Both the position numbers and the translations under genes were made by a program. DNA of 29,457 bases from Camelus dromedarius (lineage: Eukaryota): assembly GCF_036321535.1 (NCBI RefSeq). It is one part of the record NC_087438.1 of this genome. One strand, 5' to 3'. Below are positions 13,060 through 28,870 of the stretch, piece after piece (position 1 is the first letter of the stretch; each line of letters starts with the position of its first letter). The notes beneath the pieces are model-generated. The model ran no database searches. It was not told the DNA's origin and saw only the letters and a list, made by a program, of their open reading frames with translations.

Positions 13060-13215
13060 AGGCTGTTTTACATGCGGTATCTCATGTAATCCTCCCAAGA
13101 GCCCCATGAGGGAGCTCTTATTATCTCCGTTTCACACCTGGGGAAACTGAGGCCTGGAGACATTGCAGAGCTTTCTCAAGGACATGGCAGAACCAGGCTA
13201 GAGTCTAAGTCTTGT
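13060..13215 (-). mobile_element. MIR SINE
   Basis: tattatctccgtttcacacctggggaaactgaggcctggagac. Confidence 0.7.
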
Positions 13216-13245
13216 CTTGCCAGAGACCTGGTGGAGGTGGCGGCA

Positions 13246-13422
13246 CAGGGCTGGCTTCGTGGGTCTGGGACCTGTACAGTCACACAGGGCCCCACGTGTG
13301 GAAAGGGGCTGTACAAGGTTTAATGCTCTGCTATTGCCTTCTTGGCACTTTTGACAGTTTTTGAGCAAGGGTGCCGCATTTTCGTTTTTTGCTGGGCCCT
13401 GCGAACTTTGTAGCTGGTTCTG
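13246..13422 (+). mobile_element. MER45A-like hAT-Tip100 MITE, near full length
   Basis: cagggctggcttcgtggg...gacctgtacagtcacacagggcccc...ggtttaatgctctgct...ctgggccctgcgaactttgtagctggttctg, with degenerate terminal inverted repeats. Confidence 0.8.
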
Positions 13423-13512
13423 CAGTAGCAGGACCCTTCTGGGCCCTCAGTGGAAGGTGTCGGGGGCTCCTGGCTTCCCTTCACCCCTCTCTCTTCCCTC
13501 TGCTCATCCTAG

Positions 13513-13626
<114 letters not shown>

Positions 13627-13909
13627 TAGCAACTTCCAGGAGCCCTGAACACGCAGACCCTTGGAGCGTTGTTCCAAGGGGTCATCAGCAGGTGGGCTGA
13701 TGGGCCCCGTTAGGGCCACATTTGACCCTTGTGGTCCCCCTGAGCCAAACAGCCCTCAGAGCAGTCATAGCCCCAGGCAGAGGGCGTTTGGGACAGAGAG
13801 TCTTTGGGGACAGCGATGACACGGCCATGGCTCCCGTTCGTCTGTGCCCAGCCTTCAGGCTCTGCTGTCGTGGGTGTGGACATCTCCCTCTTGTCTGCCT
13901 CTCACCTCC

Positions 13910-14480
13910 CCTTTTTAATATGATTTATACTATTTCTGCTTTAAAAAGGAATTTGTTGACTTTTAAGAACACTGTAGAAATATACAGCAGAGAAAGTGAA
14001 AATGCTCTATAATTGTAGCTGCTCCGGTGATGAGCACTGTCATGAGTTTATTTTCTAGTCTTAAGGGTTTAGGTTGAAGGCTGAGGGTTGCCTGGTTCAT
14101 GCCTTCCTTCCTCTTGGGGCTTTCCCAAGTTCCTCACATGCTGCCCTTTGGGACTAGGCAGGAGGGAACAACCCCTGAGCCATCATCTGCGGTGAGCGTT
14201 CCCTCCAGCTGCCTTCTGCATGGGCCACAGTGTGGATAGCCTCTCTTGAATTCTAGGCAAAACCCTACTAGTCTGCAATTTTGGGGGGGAAAGTCTGCAG
14301 CATAGCCCTAAAGCCATATAAGAGTGATACTGGGTTGTCTCTGTGTTTTTTAAATATTCTTAACCCTTAGCATGTCAGAGGTAGTTGTAGTGAAACACAC
14401 AGAAAAGGGTTAAACATCTTGTATCTATACAAAGAGCTCTGTAAGTGACTAAGTAAAAGGCAAATGACCCAGTAGAAAAA
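13910..14480. mobile_element. Degraded L1M fragments (about 13910-14060 and 14340-14480)
   Basis: AT-rich; tatctatacaaagagctctgtaagtgactaagtaaaaggcaaatgacccagtagaaaaa resembles L1 ORF2-region consensus. Confidence 0.4.
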
Positions 14481-14760
14481 CAGGAGTAGGATCAGAGTAG
14501 GCAAGTCAGAGTTGGAAGAAAGCCTTGGGATCTTTGCCTCCGAACCGTGCATTGCACAGACAGGCCCCGAGGGCCCAGGGCCTGGGAGGACTTGGCCAAA
14601 ATCACCGGCTGAGTCAAGGTCACACTCGAGACTGGAGTCCAGAGCTGTGGACTGGGGCTCTGCTCTGCACTGTAGCTCAGGGAACCGCTCTGAGCAGCTC
14701 TTGGGTGGGCTGCGGCTGTGCACGCCATCCCCAGACCGTGTGGCGGGTGGGCTGGGCTGA

Positions 14761-15015
<255 letters not shown>

Positions 15016-15029
15016 TAGCACTTCCCTCT

Positions 15030-15205
15030 GACAGCTTTTTATTAACATCTTTATAGCCACTGTGTCACTGAAGCCTCACAGAGACCCCAAGAGGCCGGTG
15101 TCTCAATAGCCTCATTTTAGAAAAGAAACCGAAGCTCAGGGAGGCCACACCAGCTACTAAGAGGTCCGACTGGGACTTAAACCCAGGCCTGTTTGTTTCC
15201 TGAGC
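15030..15205 (-). mobile_element. MIR SINE
   Basis: ctcattttagaaaagaaaccgaagctcagggagg...ctgggacttaaacccagg. Confidence 0.65.
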
Positions 15206-15520
15206 CCAAGCTCTCATCCTCAGGCTGGAGTGGGGGCCCCTGGAAAGCTGGAGGAGGTGCCCAGCAAGGAGGGAATGAGGCCTGGGAGCTGGCTCAACCT
15301 GGGCCCACCAGCCAATTAGAGGCCCAGAGAGGCAGGAATGGCGCCGCCCTTGTGGCTCACTCCTGGGCTGGAGGAAGTGAGCACAGGGCTGAGAGAGAGG
15401 TGGAGTCCCGGCTCGGCCCAGTCCCTCTCTCTGGACGTGTCCCTTTCCTGCCCGAGCCTCAGCTTCCCCATCAGTCCCCACATGGACTTAGCCCCACTGC
15501 CCTGCCGTTCTAGCCTCTGA

Positions 15521-15877
<357 letters not shown>

Positions 15878-15994
15878 TGAGCCTCTCAATCCCAGGGAAG
15901 GAGGGCTGCCAGTTGGCCCCTTTCGCGAACTATGCTTTTGTGATAGGTGAGCTGCTTTAAAGGGGCTTCTGCTGAGGCCCTGAGATAGACCTCT

Positions 15995-16830
15995 GTCTCA
16001 TTTATTGGTTTGCTGGTGTAGAAGATGTGTCTGTCCCTTTTCAGGGCACTGGGAATACTGAAATGCACAAAAGCAACGAAAGTCCCTGCCATTGTAGACT
16101 CGATGTTCTAGTGGCAGGAGACAGTGCGTTCATAAATGTGTAAAGTATGTAATAGTCAGATGGTGATAAGTGCTATGGAGAAAAACCAAGCAGGGAATGG
16201 AGAAAGGGAGTGTAGGGGAGAGGAGACGCTTACACAAGATGGTTCTGGAGCACCTTCCTGGGAATGAGCCATGCTGCTGTATGAGGACGAGCATTCGTGG
16301 AGGAGAAAACAGGTACAAAGGCCCTGAGGCAGGCTTGTGCTGAATGCGTTTGAGGACCAGCTAAGAGGCCAGTATGGCTGCACGGAGGGGAGTGAGATGG
16401 GAGGAGGTGGTAGGACTTGAGACGGAGGAGTGATTGATGGACCAGATTGTGTACGGCCACATAAGGCCACTGGGTGGACTTTAGGTTTTATTCTGTGATG
16501 GGAAGGTTGTGAGTGGAGCGCTGTAATGATCTGAGTCATATTTTAAAAGGATTTCCATCATTCTGGCTGCTGTGAGTTGCAGAGCCTGTAGGTGACAAAT
16601 TGGGGAGCAGGAAGGCCAGTTAGGAGGTTGCTGCCGTCTTCTAGATGAGGGATGGTGGCTTGGACCCGGGAGCAATGCTGGGATGTGATCAGATTCTGGA
16701 CTTAGAAGTTAGAGGCTGATGAATTGAATACTGAACATGGGAGAGAGAGGTAAGTCAAGGATGACTCAGGTGTTTGCCCTGAGCCACTGGAAGAATGAGT
16801 TGTCATTGGTCCAGATGGGCAGCCGTGGGA
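15995..16830 (-). mobile_element. L2 LINE, about 830 bp
   Basis: gcactgggaatactgaaatgcac...tggtgataagtgctatggagaaaaa...cattctggctgctgtg...ggttgctgccgtcttctagatgagggatggtggcttggacc...gtcaaggatgactc. Confidence 0.85.
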
Positions 16831-17157
16831 AGGCCAGATTCATGGTCTGTCCGTCTGTCCACTGACCTCCTTGATACCAGGTGTCCATACTGACCGTGGG
16901 GAGGAGGTGGTGATGAGACAGGTGAGTGCGCTGCCTTCCTGGAGCCCATAACGAACAGCTAAACCAGTGCACGACCAAGGGTGCTGCAAGGCTGGTTCTG
17001 AAGCCACGGGAGGAGTTACAGAGTGTGCCTGGGGGAGTCGCTCTGGAGAGGGGCGGGGACCCCTCGCTAGGCAAACAGTCCAGGTTTCCAGAAACATTCT
17101 CGCTCGCCTGTCTCTGTTACTTTGGAGTCTACTCATTTTATACAGAGTAATATGTGA

Positions 17158-17523
<366 letters not shown>

Positions 17524-18262
17524 TAGCCCTTGGCTGCGGCGAGGAAGAGGCTGCCTGGCAGGCAGCCGGTCTGTGGCTGAGGCCAGCCTTCTGGGACCCA
17601 GACCTGGGAGGAGGGGCCGGAGCAGGTGTGCCGCCGGGAGTTGGGAAACCCTCACTCCAGCCCTGGCTCTGTCCACGCTCTGCTGCTTGATCTTGGTGGG
17701 GAATCTGAGCGGTCTTTTTTCTCCTTTCTATAATCTTGCACTTCAGTACAGTTTTGTTGACATTTTTGTCTGCGTTCTCTTTCCAGTCTTTGTGTGTGCA
17801 TGTAAATATTATATATTAATATATGTAGTAAACTATGAATACATTAAACTATATAACATATATATAACACATGTATTATGTATTTTAAACTACCCAGCTG
17901 AGCTTTCTGGGCCTCTCTTTCCTTATCTGTGAAGTGGGAATAATCATCCATGCTATAATGGTATTAGACAGATCTCAAGTGGTGGCGGTATTCAGCTTTA
18001 TGGAATAACCAAGTACTGCTTACCTTCCGAGCCACCCCCTCACCTTCCTGCCAGAAAAAGGGCCAAAGAGCACCCACGTGACTGTGCAGGTCAGCTTCCC
18101 TCTAGAAGGCTGCCATAGTCAGCGTCAGTCCCACTGGATTCACCTAGCCCAGGGCACACGGCAGTTTTATTGACCGCCCCAGCGAACCTAGGACCGGCTC
18201 TCGCGCAGCCCCGCAAGCTGAAGCAAGACCAGAGAGGGTCAGAAGTGGGGATGAAGGTATGA

Positions 18263-18616
<354 letters not shown>

Positions 18617-18979
18617 TGAGTGTAAACTCAGGTGCACACTTGCTCACCAGTGTGGGCACAGTGGGCACACTTGCCTGTTCTCATGCACGTGTGTGTATAC
18701 ACCTCCCTCACAGACCTGTGTGCATGCACACACACGCAGCCTCTGAAAAACCAGCATTACAAAACTGGAGGTGAACATGGTGTAAATGAAGTGTGGGAGG
18801 CACCTGCCCGGCCTGGTTAGACTCAGGCTCTTAGGTCCCCTTCTCACTCCACCAGGCTCTGAGTCGTGGGAAAAGGGGACTGATTGGAGAGTTTGGAGGA
18901 CAGTTCTTGGGGAAGTTTGCCCCTGGGGCTGTCAGAAACTAGAAGCAGAAGCTGTAATTGATGTTCTCATAATTCAGAC

Positions 18980-19213
18980 CAGGGGTCCACTGGTCCACTT
19001 GTGAGCCAGTCTGGCCTGTGGTCTGTTTTTGTAAATAAAGTTTTATTGGAACACAGCCAGGCTTATTCTTGTATATACTGTCTGTGAGTGCTTTCAAGCT
19101 GCAACAGTAGAGTTGAGTGGCTTGTGACAGACTGGATGGTCCTCAAGCCTAAAATATTTACTAAACATTTCAGAAGATTTTCTAAACTTTATAGAAAAGT
19201 TTGCTGTCCCTTT
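18980..19213 (+). mobile_element. MER58A-like hAT-Charlie MITE
   Basis: caggggtc...tgtttttgtaaataaagttttattggaacacagcca...agcctaaaatatttacta...agaaaagtttgctgtccc. Confidence 0.85.
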
Positions 19214-19234
19214 GCTGAACTTTTAAATTCAATA

Positions 19235-19400
19235 GTAGGAGCTTATGAGCTCCTATTACATGCCAGGCACTTGGCCGAGCATTTTGCTAGGCTGTCTGGG
19301 AGCATGAGACTGACCAGAAATGGTCCCTGCCTACCAGCAGCTCAGTGCCCAAAGGTGGGGCTGTGATAAGGACATGTGTAGTTAGGCCTGTGATTCAGGG
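19235..19400 (-). mobile_element. L2 fragment
   Basis: gagctcctattacatgccaggcacttggcc...ggtccctgcctacc. Confidence 0.55.
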
Positions 19401-19493
19401 CTGTAAGAGCCACAAGTCCATGTGCAGTGAGAGTCCAGAGTCCATCCACTGAGTTCTTGGGCCCGCCTGACATCCCTTCCACTGTTGTTTTAG

Positions 19494-19607
<114 letters not shown>

Positions 19608-19929
19608 TGACCAGCCTCCCCAGTCTGATGGCTCTCTCAGCCACAGAATTCTGGGGACCACCTTGCCCTGGTCCCACACCCCAGGAATCTGCCCCCTCTT
19701 TTCCAGGAAGTGGGAGTAAAGGTGGAGTGAACATGCATTGTCCATCAGTGTGGAGGTGGGAAGTGGGTAGAGGTTGGGCAAAGAATTCTCCTATCTGTCC
19801 TGAACCACAGCCTCAGGGAGCTCTCCCTGTGTCCTCGTGGGCTTCTCTGAATCAAAGCAGAGAAGCCCAGATCAGCTGCTCTGCAGGCTTGCGCAGTGCC
19901 AGGCAAAACTGGGTCAGGGCAAAGAGCAC

Positions 19930-20170
19930 TGTGATCAGTTAGTCATGTCTGCCAGAGGGACAGGAGCGGGAGGTGGTGATGTGGTTGCTAAGTATTTGTC
20001 AGGCACACTATACGGCATGGATGGGTGCTCCCACTTTACAGACAAGACACTCAAGGCTCAGAGAAGCTAAGTGACTTTCCCTAACACATTTAGTTAGGAA
20101 ATGGCAGGTCCAGGTGTTGAACCCTGGTCTCTGTGGCCCCAAGACTTGCACTCTTAATCACCAAACTCTC
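19930..20170 (-). mobile_element. MIR SINE
   Basis: cccactttacagacaagacactcaaggctcagagaagctaagtgactttccc...ggtgttgaaccctggtct. Confidence 0.7.
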
Positions 20171-20644
20171 TAGTCTCCTTCTCTTCTGGAACCTATGACT
20201 GTAGTATATTAACTGTAGACTCACACATAGGAAAGGAAGGAACTCTCTAAAGGAGAGGGTAGGTCCTGTACTTTCAAACAGGGGAAGGAGTACGAGTGAA
20301 GGAAGGGCACCAAGAGAGGAGGCATCTGAGCCAGATTTCTTAGCTCTTCAAGAATTTACATCAGCAGACTGGAGAGTCTGGAACTCCCTTTTCCTTGAGT
20401 TCTTCCCAAGCACCAGAGAGGACAGAGGGCCAGAGCCAGAAGGGACCAGCAGAAACCATGTAGTTCTGGGATTATGAGGAGACAGTAATCAGCTGGACAT
20501 GGCTGCTGGAGTACAGTGGTGAGAAGGATTCTGAAACCAAGTCCTTGTTTAGCGGTAAAGAATGCTGTGATGGACTAGTGATGTCTGCAGTGGATGCAGG
20601 AGTCGGGGGTACCCAAATGCAAGCCGTGTATTGGCCCATCCCAA

Positions 20645-20939
<295 letters not shown>

Positions 20940-22009
20940 TAAGTTGGCCTTTCTGTCCACAGCGGGACGGCATGGAGTCTGCCCAGGAGGAGGCCTGCTG
21001 TGGCCACGGCAGGAAGCAGCTCGCACTTGCTCACGTGCAGCTGAAGTTCCTGTAAACATGGACAAAGCTCAGTGACCCTTGAGTCATGGTATTGGAGCCT
21101 TGTCTCAGATGGGACACTTGACGAGGAAGCCTTTGGCCCCTTTACATTATTGCCTGGATTCAGACGCTGCTAGAAGTCGGAGTCCGGCCCCTCCCTTGTG
21201 TGCACAGAAACATCCCGAGTCCCAGAGAAGGAGAGGGACACGCCCAATGCCCTGGGAGCTGGGGACAGAGCCGGGGAAAATCCAAGTGTTCTGATCTGAA
21301 GGCTGCATGTGAAGCTGGAGGTGGTCTTGTGAGCCCTTCAGAGGTGGCTCGCTAGCCTTCAGGGCGTCTCCTGGGGTGGTGGGAACTGTAGCTTCCCACC
21401 AGAACCTATCACTAGAGGTTATTACCACAGGGTGTGGGCGCTGCAAGGCATTGTGGTTTTACACTCTGATTTTTCAATTTGGATCTCTCTCTACTATTTG
21501 TCTTAGAATTCTAACCTTATACTTGTATTCCTCTTGTTTATTTTTATGTCATTGGTTTACTGAGTGGGGACATCATAGGTATTTTTCTGTGTGTATTTCT
21601 GTCAGTCTCTTTCTTCTATCAATCATTTGTCCACCTGCCCACCTACTTGTCTGTTTCTCTCCCTGGTATCACCACAGTCTCTTATGTCAAACGCACTGTA
21701 GCCAGATGCATTATTGGGAGTCACCTCTTTCTGGATTTAGGGAGGTAATATGGTGAGTCACAGTACATTTAGCAGCACCTTCAGCAAGGTCTGGGGCATC
21801 ACCCATTAGCAGATACATTAGTATGTCTGTAGCAAAGTATGTGTATATTTATGCCAGGTAAGATTCATAAGTCAAGTTTTGCTGCCTGATGACTTTGCTG
21901 CAAACTAAGGGGAAACGCTGCTTTCTCAGTTCAGGTGTCACACAATGAATTGTGGACATCCAGATGCTAGTCTGTGAAGGGAATTTGGAAGAGTGAAAGA
22001 GCCAGTAAT

Positions 22010-22130
22010 TCCTCGGCTCCATTCCCAAGATTTTGATTTTGTAGGTCGGGGTTTGAAACTCTCACAAGCCCCTACATGACTCTGATAAGGGCTCCCTGAG
22101 ACCACCCTGGAGAAACCCTGTCTCACGGGA
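22010..22130 (+). mobile_element. MER5A-like hAT fragment
   Basis: cccaagattttgattttgtaggtcgggg...acaagcccc...tgactctgat...gagaccaccctggagaaaccctg. Confidence 0.5.
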
Positions 22131-22842
22131 CAGAGTAGGGATCCTACGCCTTTAACTAGGATGAGCCTTGTGGGCTTGGTTCCCATGAATCCCCAGAGTT
22201 ATACCTTGGTTTTGCATGAGTAGGTGCCCTTAGGAGGATCTAGAGTGTTGATTTAGTTTTATGAGGGGCCCGCAACCTAGAGGTGGTCCCAAAGGACAAG
22301 TGAGAGCAGTCACTCTGGGTGGGATGTGGGAAGTGCATCTGGAAAGCTGTCAGCTTCGCCCATATGAAGCTGGGAAGAGGGGATGGGTGGCAGGAGGTGA
22401 ACTCCCTCCCCACTCGTCTCCTGGTCCACAGGGACAGCTTTTAGAAAAGTGCGATCACAGATCAGGAAAGAAACCCTGCCCTCTGGAGGCAGCGGAGGGC
22501 GTCCCTTCCCTCAGTGCTGGCTGGTGTTCCAGCGTCAGAGGGATCCCCACTCGCCGCCTAGTGGCAGCGAGAGTTAGGGCCCTGTCAGTTTCACTCTGGG
22601 AGCATCCCATTTAGGGTGGAAAGACACAACCCCCTTCCCACGCCCTGCAGCCCACACCGCACTCACAAGTCTTCAGAGCCTCCTGACCATGAGGGCTCCC
22701 CCAGAAAGGAGCGAATTTAGAAAAGGGAGACTGCCAAGTGGCCGTTCCATCTAGGACCCCTGCCAGAAGGGGGTCCTTGTTTGGCTGGGACGGTGTGCCT
22801 GCTTGCTTTCTGAAGTTCCACCCCCAGGTGCCTTCCTCATGA

Positions 22843-23240
<398 letters not shown>

Positions 23241-24155
23241 CATGCTGAATCCCAGCCAAGTTACCTGCCCCAGCCTAGCTTCATCTGGGGTCTTGCCTCT
23301 GATTCTGACACCAGCAAGAGGTGGAGGCTGTCTCCACTTTGACGAAGCCTAGATTTGGTCAACAGTGATCTGGGATCATACTAACAGTGGCCTCTTCGCT
23401 GGGCACTAGGTGGGGTTGGGGTGGGAATGCAGAGAAGGACGAGACACAGGACCTGCCATTCTTAGTGGAGGATGCAAACGCCTGATCAGGTAAGGCGTTA
23501 CCTAGGGTGTGGTTCATGCTAGAGAGTGTGCCGTCTACCTCCTACTTGGCTAAGAGCTAGAATTTTCTTTAATCTTGATGACCTGACTTAATTCCTTCTG
23601 AGCACCATTCCACTGTGCTTACAGGCTTTGGGCCTTTTGGAGGTTTCTTCCCCTGCCTGCCAGTCTTCCTGGGATTATGCCACAGGGCCAGGGCTGGGGG
23701 CTTCCTGGTCTAGAGCAGGGCCAGGAAAGGCCCCTGTAGGGCTGGCCCGGCTCTGAGCCTGCTTCCCTGCGTTCTCCCAGTGGCCGCCTCCTCTCCGGGG
23801 CCTCGTGCCCACAGCGCCAGCAGGAGGCAGGGTGCAGACCCTCCTGTTCCCCCTCCTCTCACTCCCTGAGCCAGGAGCCCCTCCTCATCTGGTGGGCAGT
23901 CCCCCTCTTCCTCCTGCTTTTCGGGGTCTTTCTGTCTATACCCGGATATTCTCCTTTCTTCTGGGCTTTGTCTTTGGGGGAACAAAGCCACTTCTCTGTT
24001 CCGCTCTGCTGAGTGCCCCCCACCTCCTGGCGATGAGCAGAGACTGGTTGTCTGCTTTTGTAGGAGGCAGGAAGGAGGAGGGAGAGGGTGATGGAGGGAA
24101 TGCGGCCCTAGGTGGAGTCCGTCCCGTGGTCTGCACTAACACGCCTGTGCCGCGT

Positions 24156-24201
24156 CTCCCACCTCACTGGCGCATCACTCCCACCTCACTGGCGCATCAC
24201 T
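24156..24201. repeat. Perfect 22-bp tandem duplication
   Basis: ctcccacctcactggcgcatca twice, plus ct. Confidence 0.95.
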
Positions 24202-24659
24202 GCAGGTTCTGAGAGGGTAGAGGGCTTTGTGTGTCCCCTTGTCACAGGTGAGGAAACCAAGCTTCAGCAAGCCAGGAGACCAGCTCAAGTTCATGTGCTG
24301 GCATTTTGAACCCAGCTCCTCCAGGTCTAAGACCCTCTTCTTTCTTTGTCCATGGTCGAGGCGGGATAAGGAGAAGGGGGATGAATTCCCACCAGGAGGA
24401 TCCAGGAAGATGCTGGAGGAGTGGGGCCGGGGCCTGCCTCAGAGAGGAGGCCGCTGTGATGCGTCATTGTCATGCCCTTCACCCCATGCCTGGGCTGTGT
24501 GATCCTCAGTGAGGGTGGGGGGACCCGTGGGGGTCACTGACTGGTGAACAGGTGCCCGATCTCTGGACTTGGGAATTCGGCTGCTGCCGACTGCCTGTGG
24601 CGTTGTTTTAGGTGGTTCAAACCTGGTGTTTTCCCCTTTCCAGTCGTTTCCCAGTCCTT

Positions 24660-24925
24660 CCAGCTCAGTCTGCTTGAGCAGCCATAACTGTTATGGATTG
24701 GGTGGCTTAAACCACAGAAATTTATTTCTCATAGTTCTGGAGCCTAGAATTCTAAGTCCAAGATCAAGGTGCCAGTCAGTTTGGTTCCTGGTGAGAGCTC
24801 TCTCCCTGGCTTTTAGACGACCACCTGCTCACTGTGTCCTCACATGGCAGAGAGAGCTAACTCTCCGGTGTCCCTTCTCACAAGGGTACCAGCTCCATCA
24901 CGAGCGCCCCGCCCTCCTGATCTCA
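24660..24925 (-). mobile_element. MLT1-type (ERVL-MaLR) solo LTR fragment
   Basis: gggtggcttaaaccacagaaatttatttctcatagttctggag...tccaagatcaaggtgccag...ttcctggtgagagctctct...tcctcacatggcagagagag. Confidence 0.85.
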
Positions 24926-24974
24926 CCAGGGCCTGTAGCAGACAGTCCTAGCTGCCTGGTGTCTGAGAACATCG

Positions 24975-25200
24975 GCTCATTTGTATTGTATCTATAAAGG
25001 ATTACCTCTTATATGTGATAGCTGGCTCTAGTTTTCCATCGATGGAGGCAGTGTTGAGTTTACTTTTGAGATACATGTATGTCAGAAAGATGAGTCAACG
25101 TAAGGGAAATTATGCTGACGTGGCACATGCCTGTGGTTTGTGGCTACGGCAGAAATCGTAGAGGTGGTGTGCTAATGACCAGCATTTGGAAGTTCTGATC
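24975..25200. mobile_element. Probable hAT-Charlie fragment
   Basis: ggcagaaatcgtagaggtggtgtgctaatgaccagcatttggaag resembles a Charlie terminal region; by eye only. Confidence 0.4.
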
Positions 25201-25214
25201 TCATCCAGCTCCTG

Positions 25215-25325
25215 TCTTGGAAAGATGGGGAAACTAGGGCTCCGAGGGGCTGTGACTTCCCTGAGGTCAAAGGACAAACAAGGAGAGGCAGAACTTGAAG
25301 CCAGGGCTTCTGGGTCCAGCCCAGG
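25215..25325 (-). mobile_element. MIR fragment
   Basis: gatggggaaactagggctccgagggg...gcagaacttgaagccaggg. Confidence 0.55.
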
Positions 25326-25395
25326 GTCTTCTGGCCGCCTCCTGGTTGCTGTCCCACAAAGGCCTCTTCCTTGGGCCCTCCGCATGACGTGCTGA

Positions 25396-25872
<477 letters not shown>

Positions 25873-26231
25873 TAGGCAGGGCCAAATCACTGAGGCATTT
25901 TAGGGGAAACCCTTGGAGAATTTAGGCAGGAGAGTGACTAGTGACTTGTGGCCCAGAAGCTTGGAGAGAGGCAGAGAGGGGTGTCATAGGGATATGAGGG
26001 GCAGGCAGGGTGTTGGTGACAGCTTAAACTCTAGGAGAGAATGGCATTGGTCAGAGGAAGCTGGCAGAGAGCAGGGAGTTAGACTGCCCGGGACTGAGGC
26101 CTGGGGCTACCTCCCGTCCAAAGGTGGAGAAGGAAGCAGGGTCTACAGAGTCCAGGGTCCCCGGTGTGTAACCATGGCTGCTGACCGAGAAGACTGGGGG
26201 CCTGGTTGCCAGTGGAGTGGAAACAGGTTGA

Positions 26232-26369
<138 letters not shown>

Positions 26370-27019
26370 TGAGTGTTCCCTTGGGCTTTGAGCAGGGGGA
26401 TGTCCTAAGACTTGATTGATTTTGAGAGAGAGACAGGTTAGAGTCAGCAAGTGTAAGAAAGTACACGCATCCCTGATGGCAGTTTAGGAGAAAAGTTAAT
26501 ATGCCTTCAGTCATGTTAATAAAGGTATGGTCTCAAGAAAAAGGGAGGTGATGGCTTTGTTCTACTCTAGTCATTCCTACCCCTGGGGTGTTCTTTTCAG
26601 CCTGGAGGCAGCGTTAAGTTTAAGTGTTTTCAGTGTTTTGTCTAAGTACGTTAGACCAACAATGAACAGCAAGGGTTTCTTAGCACTAAATTATGATTTA
26701 AATACAAGTTTCATGAAAAAGACAGTACAGATGTTAGTGGCTATAATCCTCATCACTCAAAACCCAGCTCAAGTGCCCTGAGAATGCCCTCCCAAGGTGA
26801 GTAAGTGCCCGCCTGTGTTGAGGGGCTCGGGGCTGTCTCTTAGTGTGCATCAGACAGGTGACACACTCAGCTGGATGAGGGGTTCTCAAGAGAAGGAGAA
26901 ATAGTCAGCTTCCCAGCTACCTTCTTAGAAAAGATTTGCAGCCAGAATGTTCCCTTCTCCCTGCTTTGGAGGTTGAAGGTAGAGAAAGGAAGTCAGGCCT
27001 TTGCGTTGAGGTAGAACGG

Positions 27020-27255
27020 AGCAGCAGAGAGGCCTGGGTTAGGACCCCAGATCCATTAGTTCTTTAGCTGGGTGACCTTGGACATGTCTCAGGTCCTGCA
27101 AGCCTCAGTTTCCTCATCCGTAAGTTGGGGATAAAGGTAATAGTTCCTACCTCCCGAGGGTCACTGACTTGCATGAGAGCATGCATGTGGAGCCCGTGGC
27201 TCAGTGCCTGAGGTGTACTGATCTCAGTCAATGACAGTGCTGTCGTCCTCATCTC
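27020..27255 (+). mobile_element. MIR SINE
   Basis: agctgggtgaccttggacatg...agcctcagtttcctcatccgtaagttggggataaaggtaatagttcctacctcc. Confidence 0.75.
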
Positions 27256-27848
27256 CTCCACCACCACCACCTACCCCTATCCTGTGACCTCTTCAGAAAT
27301 CCCTGTCTCCCTCTCGTGCCAAACGTGAGTTCTATGTTCCTGCTGTCCTCGTGCCCAAGAATTTCCTAGTGGTTCCCAGTCTGGAACTGAATTCTGATGC
27401 CAGTAGTTCTCCCCCAACCCCATGATATAGCATCAGATCTTCTCTCCCAAAAATACCCGTGAAGCTCCAGCGTGACTTCAAATTCTGAAGGTAGTCTTGG
27501 TCTGTCATTTCTGAAATTTATTAAAAAAATTTTTTTCAGTGATGGACACGCTTAAGTGCAACTGCAGATACAGCATTTCTTGATAGAGACTGAATGTATT
27601 AAAAAGCAAAAGAGCCCCCACTAAACTTTCCCACCCTACGTTAAAAACAAAAACAAACATGAAAAAAGCCACTGTTTACCTCTGAGTTGGAGACTGCTAA
27701 GAGGACTCCCAGAATAAGGAAGGCTGGGAAGTGTTCATGTTATGGATTTGCTGCAGGAACTGAACCTGCCTATAGCTGGGGAAAGAGGAGGCAGGTGTGA
27801 TTAGTGGGGCCCAGAGGCAAAACTTGGGCCAAAAGTCTGGTCTCCTAG

Positions 27849-28124
<276 letters not shown>

Positions 28125-28199
28125 TGACACCCAGCACCCGGCGGCCTTGGCATTTCCTGGACGGTGTCCTTGAGAGGAGAAAATATGGGCTAGGGTATG

Positions 28200-28500
28200 T
28201 GGGTCAGAGTCAAATGAGTGTATTTCCTTCTACAAAGGCTGAATGCTATGGGCCTTTGAGGATGAATCAGACCTGTTCTTTGCCTTCAAGGAGCTCCTAG
28301 TCTAGGAGGGAGATGAGTCCCACGGTCACGTAAGCAGAATATGAGTCAGGCAGTGCTTTGTGTGGTATGAGAGGTTTTCACAAGTGCTGTGGGGGGTGGT
28401 CTCTGGAGTTGGGCCTGGAAGGAAAGACCTATGGCACTGAAGGGTACGGCATTCTGGGAGAGAGTGGCACCTACAAAGGATATAGGGTAAGGGCACGCGC
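28200..28500 (-). mobile_element. L2 fragment
   Basis: gatgaatcagacctgttctttgccttcaaggagctcctagtctag...caagtgctgtggg. Confidence 0.55.
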
Positions 28501-28544
28501 TGTGACTCTGCTTATGTTTCCCTTTTAATCCGTGACCCCTTTCT

Positions 28545-28870
28545 CATTTATAGTTGATTTACAATCGTGTTAGTCTCAGGTGTACACAGCACAGTGATTC
28601 AGTTATATATATATATCTGTAAATGTTTCTGTATTTTCCAATATAGGTTATTATAAGATACTGAATATTGTTCCCTGTGTTATACAGTCCATTCTTGTTG
28701 CTTATCTACTTTGTACATAGAAGTACGTAGCTGTTAATCCCATGTTTGTAATTTATTCTTTCACCCACCCCTTTGGTTACTGTAAATTTGTTTTCTGTGT
28801 CTGTTTGTATTTTGTAAATGCGCAGTTGATGGGGAGTATGTTTTAGATTCCGTGCACATGCGAGTGAGCG
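28545..28870 (-). mobile_element. L1 3'UTR fragment, resembling cetartiodactyl-type L1; contains short (TA)n
   Basis: tagttgatttacaatcgtgttagtctcaggtgtacacagcacagtgattcagttatata...taggttattataagatactgaatattgttccctgtgttatacagt...ttttagattcc. Confidence 0.75.

Noticed and set aside
18640-18740. TG/CA-rich alternating stretch
   Set aside because: Degenerate low-complexity sequence with no long perfect run.
19035-19041. AATAAA in intron 8 (also near 5432 and 8724)
   Set aside because: These lie within MER58A/L2-type repeats, which commonly carry this hexamer; no supporting evidence of use.
27523-27536. A7T7 palindrome
   Set aside because: Low-complexity and too short to indicate a structured element.
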